Assembly (NCBI GenBank): GCA_030390025.1 | Contig: CM059432.1 | Location: 119,476,001-119,540,000, forward strand | DNA: 64,000 bases | From: Squalus acanthias | Lineage: Eukaryota | Direction: 5' to 3' | Shown: piece by piece, positions 13,150 through 25,879 of the stretch | Position numbering within the stretch: the stretch's first letter is position 1 | Layout: each line of letters begins with the position of its first letter | Notes under the pieces: generated by a model | Told to the model about the DNA's origin: nothing | Database searches by the model: none | Seen by the model: the letters and a program-made list of their open reading frames with translations, nothing else | Position numbers and translations under genes: made by a program

Positions 13150-15252
13150 GATTACCTTAAATATCACAGAATTATGGTCACTGTCACCAAAATGCTCTCC
13201 TACTGACACATCTACCACTTGCCCGGCTACATTCCCTAGAATTAGGTCCAGTACCGCCCCCTCTCTTATAGGACTTTCTACATGCTGGCTCAAAATGCTC
13301 TCCTGGAGGCACTTTAAGAATTTCGCATCCTCTAAGCCATTCACACTCTGACTATCCAGTTAATATTGGGGAAGTTGAAATCCCCGATTATTATTACCCT
13401 ATTATTTCTACAGTTCTCTGAGATTTGCCTACATATCTGTTCCTCTATCTCCCTCTGACTGTTTGGGGGCCTATAGTACACTCCCAGCAAAGTGCTTGCC
13501 CCCTTTTTGTTTTTAAGTTCTACCCATATGGCCTCATTAGAGGAACCTGCTAAGATATCATCACTCCTTACAGCAGTAATTGACTCCTTGATTAATATTG
13601 CCCCACCCACTCCTCTTTTACATCAACTCTGTCTCGCCTGAAGATTCTATACCCCGGAATATTGAGCTGCCAGTCCTGCCCCTCCCTCAACCATGTCTCT
13701 GTGATAGCAACAAAATCATACTCCCATGTGTTCATCAACACCTTCAATTCATCTGCCTTACTCGCAAGACTCCTTGCATTAAAATAAATGCCATCCAGCC
13801 TTGCCATACTCCCTTGTGCCGTTACATATTTGCTTTGCCTTCCAGGCTGACTTGTTTTTTCCTCTATATTTAGCTGTGCATCACCCCCTACTATAGCTCC
13901 ACTCCATATCCCATCCCCCTGCCAAGTTAGTTTAAACCCTCCTCAACAGTACGAGCAAACCTCCTCGCAAGGATGTTGGTCCCATTCCGGTTCAGGTGCA
14001 ACCCGTCCGATTTGTACAGGTCCCACCTTCCCCAGAAGCAGACCCAGTGATCCAGGAAACTAAAGCCCTCCCTCTTGCATCAACTCTTTAGCCACGCATT
14101 CATCTGCTATATCCTCCTATTCCTACACTCACTAGCACGTGGCACCGGGAGTAATCCAGAGATTATAACCTTTGAGGTCCTGCTTTTTAATCTGCTACCT
14201 AGCTCCCTAAATTCTTGTTGCAGGACCTCATCCCTCTTTCTACTCATGTCGTTGGTACCAATGTGAACCACGACCTCTGACTGTTCTCCCTCCCCCTTCA
14301 GAATGCCCTGCAGCCGTTCAGTGACATCCTTGAGCCTGGCACCAGGGAGGCAACATACCATCCTGGAGTCACGTCTGCGGCCACAGAAACGTCTATCTGT
14401 TCCCCTTACGATAGAATCCCCTATCACTATTGCTCTCCCACTGTTTTTCCTCCCCTCCTGTGCAGCTGAGCCACTCGTAGTGCCACGGACCTGGCTCTTG
14501 CTACATTCCCCAGAGAAACCATCTCCCCAGCAGTATCCAAAACGGAAAATCTGTTGGAGACGGAGATGGACCCAGGGGACTCCTGCACTACCTTCCTAGT
14601 TCTTTTACTCTGTCTGGCGGTCACCCATTTCCTGTCTGCCTGTGCACTCTTTACCTGCGGTGTGACCACCTCATTAAACATGCTATCCACGAAGATCTCA
14701 GCTTTGCGGATGCTCCACAGTGACTCCAGCCACAGCTCCAGCTCCGAAACGCGGATTTCGAGTAGCTGCAGCTGGGGACACTTCCTGCACATGTGTTCGC
14801 CCTGGACACCGAAAGTGTCTCTGACTTCCCACATAGCACAGGAGGAGCACTCCATGCTGCCGAGCTGCCCTGCCATGTCCTACTCTTAATTTACTCCCTT
14901 TACTTCCTTTAAATTAAATAATATTAAATACACTAGTGACTTTACTTCCCTTTAAACACTACTTACTCTAAACTAGAGACCTTACTTTTACTTTAACGAC
15001 TGGACTGTAGAAATACTCACCAGGTCCTACTTACCAATCAGCTCTTTCCCTGGTTGTGACGTCACTTTAGCGGTTTTGCAGTTGTTGTTGTTTGACTGCT
15101 CCCGCTCTCAGACTCTTTCCTTGGTGTAAAGTAAGAACCAATTCCTACAGGGTGAAAAGTTAGGAAAAACAAAGGCGAAGCAAGGGAGCTCCTCCTTCCA
15201 CTCCTCACCTAACTCCCTGACTCACGCAACTCGCAGCACTCTGTTTAAACTG
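13150..15252 (-). mobile_element. CR1 LINE 5' part: 5'UTR, ORF1 (zinc finger/zipper + SGNH esterase) and start of ORF2 endonuclease
   Basis: CSSCAMWE..HMCRKC, IGDSIVRG, HIGTND, then YFNARSL..ITETWL..GVYYRPP..GDFN. Confidence 0.92.
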
Positions 15253-16200
15253 CACTCTACAGCCCTAGTTATTCGATTTGCCAGGAATCTAGCCCCAGCA
15301 TGGTTCAAGTGAAGCCCGTCCAAACGGAACAGCTCCCTCTTATCCCAGTACTGATGCCAGTGCCCCAAAAATCGAAACCCATTTCTCCCACACCAGTCTT
15401 TGCGTCACTCGTTCATTTCTCTGATCTTATTTACCCTATGCAAATTCACTCGTGGATCAGGTAGTAATCCAGAGATTACTACCTTTGTGGTTCTGCTTTT
15501 TCATTTAGCCCCTAGCTGCTCATACTCTCTCAGCAGAACCTCTTTTCTTTGTCCTACCTATGTCATTGGTACCTACATGGACCATGACAACTGGGTCTTC
15601 CCCCTCCGACTCCAAGTTTCTCTCCAGCCCAGAGGAGATGTCCTTCACCCTGGCAACACAGCCTTCGGGACTCACACTCTCGGCTGCAGAGAACAGTATC
15701 TATCCCCCTAACTATACTGTCCCCTATCACTACAACATTTCTTTTTACTCCTCCCACTTGAATGGCCCCCTGTACCACGGTGCTGTGGTCAGTTTGCTCA
15801 TCCTCCCTGCAGACCCTGCCCTCGTCCACACAGGGAGCAAGAATCTCATACCTGTTGGACAAGGCCCAGGGCTGAGGCTCCTCCATCACTACCTCCTGGA
15901 TCTCAATACCTGCCTCGCTTGTAGTCACACCTTCCTGTCCCTGACAATGGGTCAAATTGGAAGTAACTACTCTAGTGTGTGTGACTGTCTCCTGGAATTT
16001 AGCATCCAGGTAACGCTCCCCCTCCCTAATGTGTCGCAGTGTCCGAAGCTCGGACTCCAGCTCATCAACTCTGAGCTGAAGTTCCTCGAGCAGCCAACAT
16101 TTGCTGCAGATATGGTCGCCTTGGACCTCAAAGGTGTCCACCAGCTCCCACATGCAACAACAACAACACATTGCCTGGTCTCCCATCTCAATTAATTAAT
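15253..16200 (-). mobile_element. CR1 LINE ORF1, probably the 5' part of the 6369-8820 copy
   Basis: CCCCMWE..HICSKC..LEELQLRVDELE, IGDSIVRG. Confidence 0.88.
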
Positions 16201-16202
16201 TA

Positions 16203-19200
16203 GTTTTAATATTTACACCAAGGCACTTAAATTTAGATGCCCAAGCCACTGTTCAATGGGATGGGGACAATCATGGCCGTGCCTACGGGATTCATCGGAA
16301 GCCTCGGCATGTATGACTGAGCTCGCAAATCATTCAGTTCTTACATTGAGCGGAGGAGATGTTTTTTAAAGGTCAATAACATTATTGAGACTGAAGTTGC
16401 AGATGAGAATGTTCAAGCTCAAAATAAAGTAATTTGTGAATGGAAGAAAGCAATTTTTCTAACGGAGATCGGGTCAGATGTCTATGGAATGTCAACAAAC
16501 CTACTCGTGCCAGGGAAAGCGAAGGATGCGTCATTTGAAGACATTGTCGAGAAACTCGAGGACCATTTCGACCCAAAGCCTTTAGAAATAGCAGAGAGCT
16601 ATAAGTTTGGTACCAGAAACCAAAAACAAAGTGAAACCATCAGTGAGTACATTAAGAACCTGTCTTTGGATTGTAACTTCGGCACATTCTTGGATCATGC
16701 GTTGCAAAATAAGTTTGTGTGTGGACGGGTGGATGAGCGCACAGAGTCCAAGTTACTGAACATCCGAACCTAATGTTTGACATAGCATGCAAAATTGCCC
16801 TATCTATGGAGACGGCATCTAAGAATGCTAGGGAGCTCCGTCCAACTCAAGTGACTAGTGCAGCTGAGGTCTACAGTCATAAAGCCACCGCCGAACCTAA
16901 AGCTGTGAGACCGACTGAAAAGCACGTTGGTGAGAGCAGTTCAGAGAATTGTTATCGCTGCAATGGAAATCGCTCACCACAGTCCTGCCAATACAGAAAT
17001 GCGAAGTGTTTTCATTGCCACAAGCAAGGCCATATTTCAAAAGCTTGCAGAGCTAGATCGAAAGCAGGAAGTAAGAACCATTCTAGTGGCAATGCAAAGT
17101 AGCGACAACAAAAGGGAGGAGTTCACAATATTGAAGTGAACATACCTGATGTTGAAGACTCGGCATCTACAGTATCTATGCCACTAGCGGCAATGATAGC
17201 AGTCGTGAGAAATACTTCCGTACAAAACTTTTGATCAACGAGCAATATATTGATATGCGTATTGACACGGTGGCGGACTGCTCTATCATGAGTAAGGACA
17301 CATACGAGAGTAAGTTTAATCAAATACCACTTACAAAGAGTACCGCAGAGTTAAAAACCTACTCTGGAGAAATCCTGGAGATATATGGACAAATGGAATG
17401 TACAGTTCAACACAATGGCCAGTCAGTAAAGCTGCCTATTATTGTAGCGAACTACATCAACAGGCCAACCCTCATGGGCAAAGACTGGTTGAGAAAGTTA
17501 AAATTAGACTGGAAAAACATCTTCAGTGTAGCTGCTTCAAAGAAGCGACTCGACACAATGCTGAACAAGTATAAAAGTATGTTCACAGACAGTTATGAGG
17601 GCATCACTTGGTATGACGCGCATATCCGCATCAAGTCCAACGCGAAGCCTGTCTATTGTAAGGCAAGGCCAGTCCCCTATGCGTTGAAAAGTCAGGTGGA
17701 GGAAGAGCTAGCGAAGCTCAGAGAGAACAGAGTGCTGGTAAAAATTGAGAAAAGTGAATGGGCTACCCCGATTGTGGTAGTGCCCAAAGCAGACAAAACT
17801 GTACGCTTGTGCGGTGACTACAAAGTTACTATCAACCAAGCAGTTGATGATGAGCAGTACCCATTACCTACTTCCCAAGATTTGTATGCAGCATTGTCTG
17901 GGTCAAAGGTTTTCTCCAAGCTTGACCTGTGGCATGCTTATGCTCAGCTGAATGTAGACAAAGACAGTCAACAGTATCTCACCATCAACACACATAAGTG
18001 ACTGTACTCATACACCAAGCTGCCGTATGGTGTAAAGTCCTTCCCAAAATCTTCCAGGCTACGATGGATAAGATTTTGCAAGGAGTTCCAAATTGCTTAT
18101 GCAATCAAGATGATGTGCTGATCGCAACAAGCAGTGAGGAAGAAAATCTAGAAGTGTTAGATATAGTGCTTCAAAGGTTGAATGCCCACAATGTAAAACT
18201 GAAAAGGAGCAAATGTGCTTTTGTGCAGCCCAAGGTTGTGTACCTTGGTCTGAAAGTTGATGCAAATGGCTTGCAACCAGTGAAGGAAATGGTTGATGCT
18301 GTCATCAATGCTCCAAAGCCACAGAACGTGTCTAAGTGAAGATCTTTACTTGGAATGGTCCAGTACTACGCACGTTTCTTACCCGAGTTAGCGACCATGT
18401 TAGTTCCATTGCACAAGCTCCTCAAGAAAGATGTCCAGTGGAAGTGGACGAAAGGGCAACAGGAAGCTTACGATGCCTGTAAGAGAAATCTCTCTAGCGA
18501 TGCTCTACTTGTGCATTACTACACAGAACGTGAACTTAAGTTAACGTGTGATGCTTCCAGCTATGGTGTGGGAGCTGTCATAAGCCACGTAATGGATGAC
18601 GGCCAAGAGAAACGAATCGTGTTTGCATTGCAAACCCTCACAAAGAGCGAAAGAAACTACTCGCACATTAAAACGGAAGCACTCGCCATAGTGTTTGGAA
18701 TCAAGAAATTTCAACAGTTCCTGATCGGCAAAAAGTTTACGCTGATAACTGATCACAAACCGCTCCTAGCAATATTGGGGCCCAAATCTGCCATCCCTGC
18801 AATGGCCGCATCAAGAATGCAACGTTGGGAAGTGTTTTTGCCACAATATGACTACAAGATTGTATATCGCACTTCAAAGCAGAATGCAATTGCAGATGCC
18901 TTGTCCAGGTTGCCACATGAGGACTCGTGTGTTGGGAGTGAAGGTGAGATTTTCACGCTAGGTGCAGTTGACAAAGACTTTCCCATGAATGCAACTGAGA
19001 TTGCAGATGAGACTCAAAAGGATTCAGTACTGAAAAGAGTGTATAAAAACACCTTGAATGGATGGACTGATCAGTGTATGGACACAGAATTGAAACCATT
19101 CCATAACTGTTGTGCTGAATTGTCCTGTGAGCAAGGTTGTACCAAGTGGGGAAACAGAGTGGTGGCACCTACTTCTTTGAGTTCGGAACCAAAACAAAAC

Positions 19201-19541
19201 AGCCCAAAAATTGGTTCAACACCAAAAACTTCTGTAAGGACATCAGGAAGGCTCCGCAAACCTTTTATTAAACTGGATTTATAGTTCATTTAAAAGAAAA
19301 AAGCCTGGAGTTTTTGTTATGTGGTACATGTAATGTTGGGAAAGGTGGGATCATAGTTTTGTTCTATTTGAGAGGGGAAAACATAAATTTTTTTTAAGGG
19401 AAAAGCAGTGCAATGTATTATCACATGGTTTATCACATGGTTTGGTATGAGCATGCTCAGTTCGCTCTGGCCTAATAAACAAGCACATTGACTAGCAACT
19501 GGCATCTCTGTCCTTCATTTGCTCTACCCACATATATTACC
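16203..19541 (+). mobile_element. Degraded Ty3/Gypsy LTR retrotransposon (gag with two zinc knuckles, PR, RT, RNase H; IN deleted; short 3' LTR ~19409-19541)
   Basis: CYRCNG/CFHCHKQGH knuckles, IDTVAD, WATPIVVVPK..RLCGDYK, NQDD, CDASSYGVGAV, TDHKPL; purine tract followed by TG and an AATAAA. Confidence 0.9.
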
Positions 19542-19591
19542 CTTGTCTTCAGGATCAATAGCTTCTCTTGCATCTTCTGATTTTCTTTGGC

Positions 19592-20050
19592 AACAACAAC
19601 AACTTGTATCTATATAGCACCTTTAAAGTAGTAAAACGTCCCACGGCACTGCACAGGAGTATTTTAAGACAAAAAAATTGACACCGAGCCACATAAGGAG
19701 AAATTAGGGCAGGTGACCAAAAGCTTGGTCACAGAGGTAGGTTTTAAGGAGCATCTTAAAGGAGGAAAGAGAGGTAGCGAGGCAGAGAGGTTTAGGCAGG
19801 GAATTCCAGAGCTTAGGGCCTAGGCAACAGAAGTCACAGCCACCAAAGGTTGAGCGATTATAATCAGGGATGCTCAAGAGGCCTGAATTAGAGGAGCGCA
19901 GATATCTCGGGGGGGGGGGGGGGGGGGGGTGGGGGGGTGCGCGGGAGAGGGTTGTGGGGCTGAAGGAAATTACAGAGATAGGGAGGGGCGAGGCCACGGA
20001 GAGATTTGAAAACTAGGATGAGAATTTTAAAAACGAGGCGATGCTTAATC
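19592..20050 (-). mobile_element. L2-clade LINE 3' fragment
   Basis: FKILILVFKSLRGLAPPYL..LRSSNSGLLSIP..GPKLWNSLP..FKMLLKTYL; (ttg)n tail. Confidence 0.85.
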
Positions 20051-20399
20051 GAGGCAAAGTCATAAAATGTCAATTTATCAGGGAAGAGAAGGACCTACCT
20101 TTTATAATTAAGAAATGTGTACGGCACATCTGCCTCCAGTTCCCTGTGAATATGTTTCTTTGATGAATCTTTGGTTTTGTTAACGCCAGATGATTTCATC
20201 AAAGCCGCTGGTCTGCGTGTCAGCTCATTTAACCTTATGACTCGAGGGCGTACAAAAATCCCAGCTCTCATAAAACTAAACAACATTTCATAGTAATCTT
20301 TCTCTCCTGCCAGCAGTAATGTCTTTCAGGGTATTCTTCATAAAAGTCACAGGTATTGTTATTTGAAGGACTGACCTTTCTTTTGCTTGTACAATCGCA
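20051..20399 (-). pseudogene. Academ-like transposase N-terminal fragment (continues at 19541-19591 and 28209-28240)
   Basis: LFSFMRAGIFVRPRVIRLNELT..KDSSKKHIHRELE, VLLFPDKLTFYDFA|KENQKM. Across the Vingi TSD it reads EHCYISCYCDCT, like recalled EAHYHRSCYRDYT. Confidence 0.62.
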
Positions 20400-21595
20400 A
20401 TTATTATTATTTTGTATGGCTGATGTAGAGCAACAGCTATAATTTTACATTTAAGGGGTTAAACCAGATAATTGCGTCAGGAGAAGTGGAGTGTATCGCT
20501 GTGATGCCTCCTTCGTATTGTGAATAGGGCATTGAGTCGTTCTATGTTCCATGGTCTGTTCTGGGTGACCACAGTCGCACACTGGAGAGCTTTTAGTTTT
20601 CCATTTGTGCGTCAAGTATCCGCATCTGCCATGGCTTGTGCGGATGCGGTTTAGGGTTGCCTGTAGGCTTCATGGAAGATCGAAGCCAGGAATCTTCTGC
20701 GTCGGGTCTTTCACAAAGTTTTTGTTTGTGACTTCTTGTGAACACCATTTGGCTTTCCAAGCATCGCCATGGTTGAAGTCTCATGGTCGAAGGTTAAGCG
20801 CATGGGTCCAAAAGAGCTTGCGGGACTTCAAGCGGTGGTGAGGGACATTGTTGAGATCATGGTGGATGGAGAGACATTTGTTTCCCACGATTTGTTGGAC
20901 TCCCCAGAGGGTTGTGGCATCGCAGTGAATGGATGGGGAAGTGATGTGCGACAGAACGGGCAGCCAGGGTGTTGGGGTCGACTTGGGGGTTCCAGTCATG
21001 CATCGCATTGCAGTGTTCAGTTGGAAATCAACAAGTCGAGTGTGGCTACTTCTGGTCCATAATGGTGCACAATACTCAGCTACAGATTATACAAGGAATA
21101 TGTTGGCAGCACTGATGTTGACGCTCCCCTGCTTGTGCTTGCCAGTCTCTGGGCCAGGTTGATACTTGTCTTTGTGTTGGTGGCTACCTTCTTCAGGTGG
21201 TCAAGGAAGGTTAGTGTGCGGTCCAGCTTCACTCCGAGATAGGTCAGAGTGGGGTCATGTCGCACACTGTTGCCGCAGAAGGTCACTTTCAGGGTGCGCT
21301 TAGCGTTCCTGTTATCAAGATGGAATGCAGTAACTTTTGTTTTGTGGGGGTTTGGCATGAGCTTCTATTTCCGTAAATATTGGTCCATGGTGTTTAGGTC
21401 CCCATTTAAGATGGACTGGATGTCATTGGAGGTGGCTGCTTGCGTTGCCAGGACAAGGTCATCTGCATTTGCAAATTTACGCAATTTCATTGGCGACATG
21501 TCACTTGTGTAGACATTGAAGAGCATCGGCGCGAGTACTGAGCCTTGTGGCAGTCCGTTGTTGCGGAACTGGAGTGAGCTGACTGTCACCCAAAT

Positions 21596-23958
21596 GGACT
21601 GGGTGTTGTGTAATGAGGAAGGACTAATCAGCAATCTTGTGGTGCGAGGCCCCTTGGGGAAGAGTGACCATAGTATGGTGGAGTTCTACATTAGGATGGA
21701 GAAGGAAACAGTTAATTCAGAGACCATGGTCCAGAAATTAAATAAGGGCAACTTTGAGGGTATGAGGCGTGAATTGGCGAGGTTAGATTGGCAAGCGATA
21801 TTTAAGGGGTTATCAGTGGAAGGGCAATGGCAGACATTTAGAGACTGCATGGATGAACTACAGCAATTGTACATCCCTGTCTGGCGTAAAAATAAAAAAG
21901 GGAAGGTGGCTCAACCATGGCTAACAAGGGAAATCAGGGATAGTATTAAAAGCAAGGAAGTGGCATACAAATTGGCCAGAAGTAGCAGCAAACCCGGGGA
22001 CTGGGAGAACTTTAAAACTCAGCAGAGGAGGACGAAGGGTTTGATTAGGGCAGGGAAAATAAAATATGAAAGGAAGCTTGCGGAGAACATTAAAACGGAC
22101 TGCAAAAGCTTCTATAAATATGTAAAAAGAAAGAGGCTAGTAAAAACAAACGTAGGTCCCCTGCAGTCAGAAACAGGGGAAGTCATAATGGGGAACAAAG
22201 AAATGGCAGATCAATTGAACAAGTACTTTGGTTCGGTGTTTACTGTGGAGGACACAAACAACCTTCCGGAAATAAAAGAGATCAAAGGATCTGGTAAGAG
22301 GGAGGAGCTAAGGGAAATCCTTATCAGTCGGGAAAAGGTGTTGGGGAAATTGATGGGACTGAAGGCTGATAAATCCCCAGGGCCTGATGGTCTGCATCCC
22401 AGAGTACTTAAGGAGGTGGCCTTGGAAATAGTGGATGCATTGACGATCATTTTCCAACATTCCTTAGACTCTGGATCAGTTCCGAAGGAGTGGAGGATGG
22501 CTAATGTAACCCCTCTTTTTAAAAAGGAGGGAGGGAGAAAGCAGGGAATTATAGACCGGTCAGCCTGACATCGGTGGTGGGTAAAATGATGGAATCAATT
22601 ATTAAAGATGTCATAACAGACCATTTGGAAAGTGGCGACATGATAGGTCCAAGTCAGCATGGATTTGTGATAGGGAAATCATGCTTGACAAATCTTCTGG
22701 AATTTTTTGAGGATGTTTCCAATAGGGTGGACGGGGGGAACCAGTAGATGTGGTGTATTTGGACTTTCAGAAGGCCTTCGACAAGGTCCCACACAAGAGA
22801 TTGGTGTGCAAAGTTAAAGCACATGGGATTGGGGGTAATGTGTTGACGTGGATTGAGAACTGGTTGGCACACAGGAAACAAAGAGTAGGAGTAAATGGGT
22901 ACTTTTCAGAATGGCAGGCAGTGACCAGCGGGGTACCGCAGGGTTCAGTGCTGGGGCCCCAGCTGTTTACATTATATATTAATGATTTGGACGAAGGGAT
23001 TAATTGTAATATCTCCAAATTTGCGGATGACACTAAATTGGGAGGCAGTGTGAACAATGAGGAGGATGCTAGGAGGCTACAGAGTGACTTGGACAGGTTG
23101 GGTGAATGGGCAAATGTATGGCAGATGAAGTACAATGTGGATAAATGTGAGGTTATCCACTTTGGTGGTAAAAATAGGGAGGCAGACTATTACCTGAATG
23201 GTGGCAGATTAGGGAAAGGGGAGGTGCAACGAGACCTGGGCGTCATGGTACATCAGTCACTGAAGGTGGGAAGGCAAGTGCAGCAGGCAGTCAAGAAAGC
23301 AAATGGCATGATGGCCTTCATAGCAAGGGGATTTGAGTACAGGAGTAGGGAGGTGATGCTACAGTTGTACAGGGCCTTGGTGAGGCCACACCTGGAGTAT
23401 TGTGTGCAGTTTTGGTCTCCTAACTTGAGGAAGGACATTCTTGCTATTGAGGGAGTGCAACGAAGGTTCACTAGATTGATTCCTGGGATGGCCAGACTGA
23501 CATATCAAGAAAGACTGGATCAACTGAACTTGTATCCTCTGGAGTTCAGAAGAATGAGGGGGGATCTTATAGAGACGTTTAAAATCCTGACTGGTTTAGA
23601 CAAATTAGATGCAGGCAGAATGTTTCCAATGTTAGGGAAAACTAAAACCAGGGGTCACAGTCTAAGAATAAAGGGGAAGCCATTTAAGACTGAGATGAGG
23701 AGGAACTTCTTCACCCAGAGAGTGGTGAATCTGTGGAATTCTCTACCACAGAAGGTTGTTGAGGCCAGTTCGCTAAATATATTCAAAAGGGAGTTAGATA
23801 TAATACTCACAACTAGAGGGATCAAGGGGTATGGCGAGAAAGCAGGAATGGGGTACCGAGGTAGCAAGTTCAGCCATGAACGCATTGAATGGCGGTGCAG
23901 GCTCGAAGGACCGAATGGTCTACTCCTGCACCTATTTTCTATGTTTCTATGTTTCTAT
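21596..23958 (+). mobile_element. 5'-truncated CR1 LINE, ORF2 with two frameshifts
   Basis: ORFs 21516-22568 and 22750-24006 with PGPDG, GVPQGSVLGP, KFADD; (tttctatg)n tail. Confidence 0.95.
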
Positions 23959-24288
23959 GTAGCCACCTATTGCTCAGCATCATCCATAGCAGGCGTATTG
24001 TTTTGAGGCAGGGCATGACTCTTGCGAGCTTCAGGATCAGGCCTTTAATCCAGACCATGTAATAGGCCGATGACAGGTCTACAAAGTCTTGGATTTCTTC
24101 TGGAATCTGGCCTCAATGTGCGTTGCAAGGGCCAAATCTTGGTCGCAGCAGCTGTGTTTCGACAGGGATCACTGAGGGCTGGTTCTGCAGAGGATGATAC
24201 ATTCCAGGAGTTTATAAGTCATGCACTGGAGTGAAATCGGCCTATAGCTTCCCTGGTCATCGGTTGGTTTGTCCAGTTTGAGTATGGC

Positions 24289-25879
24289 TGTAAGGTTTCC
24301 AAAATTTGCAGATCCCCAAAACCTAAGGAAAAAGGACTTTGGAACTACCTCAGAGTGATAAAAATGCATTTGGGCCTAACATTAGGAATTTAAGACCAAA
24401 AACCAAGTTTTGGCATTTTAAAAACATGTCTGGGCCTGTAAAGGGACAAGGAGGTGGGCTCGACCTCTGTAAAAGCAGTTTGGCTATTGCAGTTAATTAC
24501 ACTGCCTGGGGAACCAGGATGACCTCACTCAAAACCCCAGCAGATATTAACATTTGAACAATAGACCCAGGGAAAAGACAGTCCCACCCAAAAGACAGGT
24601 CCCATCAAAACCGATTACAGGGCCCATCAGAAACATGCATAATAAAAACCACTCAGACCCATTCTATAGAAAGATTGAGTCCAGCCTAGAAAAAACAAAA
24701 CACAAAATCAATCAACTCTAATCAACCAAGGAGATCGACAGGATGCAAGCCATCCCAAAAGCCATTTGACACTTACAGAACAGTTACTGGTAACTAAGGT
24801 CATGTTCAATGGGTGAGATTGAAGGTCTGTTAAAAACCAGTTAACACGCTAGTAAAGTCGTTCCCGTTAACGAGCCCGCCAAAACCAGACAATCAACTGA
24901 GTAAATTTGGCGGGTAGATAAGGCCACTTCAATTCAGTATAATTGAAGGCCCATTAAGCAGTTCGGTGTCGTCATCAGAAGAAGAAGAAACAAGGAAGAA
25001 GACAAGCCGAGCTGGAAGCGAGTCGGCATCGCTCACCACTCAGATACACCTGAGTCCAGCTCGTGAAGATACCACCTCGACGGACCTCCAACAACGGTCC
25101 CAACACAGTCACCCGGAGCAACAAGCAGCAACAAGTCACCGACAGCTCCACGAGGTCGACCGACACACTAGACAAAGCCTAAAATCATCGCGGGAACCAA
25201 AGGCCTCAAGAAACCAACAACCGCATATTACCCCCAACTGACCGGGTAATAGCAGGCCACCGTGACCAACAAAGACCAACTCAAGGGAAGAAAAACCCGA
25301 AGAACCGCACAAAGTTTCCACTCTACAATCTACTCCTGACTTACCCCTGGGTAAGATTTTCCCAAAGACTCTAAACCCTACTGCTAAACCAAAGAAATTG
25401 GGTACTCACCAGATAAATCCAAAACGACATCCTACCGCATCAGCGGACTCGCGAAGACTGACCAGATACGCAGATGAAGTCCTCTACCGCGTATGGGGTA
25501 CGGAAGACACTAACCGCCATAAACAGCGAACCCCAAAACCGCGGTTTAGCCCAACTGTCAAAGGATTGGTGAGCATTATCCCTGGTACTTCAAAACCTAA
25601 CTTAGCTAGTAAAGTGGGGTTGGGAGGGGTGAAGTATTGTTCTACTGTCATTTCGCTCGCTTGTACCGAAGTGTTCCCCAATTTTAGAGTATTAAGAGTG
25701 TTATTATTTGTGTTTTACCTTTCAATAAAGATTGAAGTTCTTTTCACCAAACTCAGTTGTCTGCTGCACCTTTTGTCACAAGCCCCAAATAAGTCCAAGG
25801 TCTGGAACCAAGGGAGTGGGAGCGATTCGAACCACTCAGAAGTCAGAGGTGAAGCTGACACAAACCACCACCCCCTACA
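24289..25879 (+). mobile_element. Solo LTR (~1.59 kb)
   Basis: TGTAAG...CTACA ends; 4-bp TSD tggc at 24285-24288 and 25880-25883; AATAAA near 25723; it interrupts the Vingi RT region. Confidence 0.85.
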
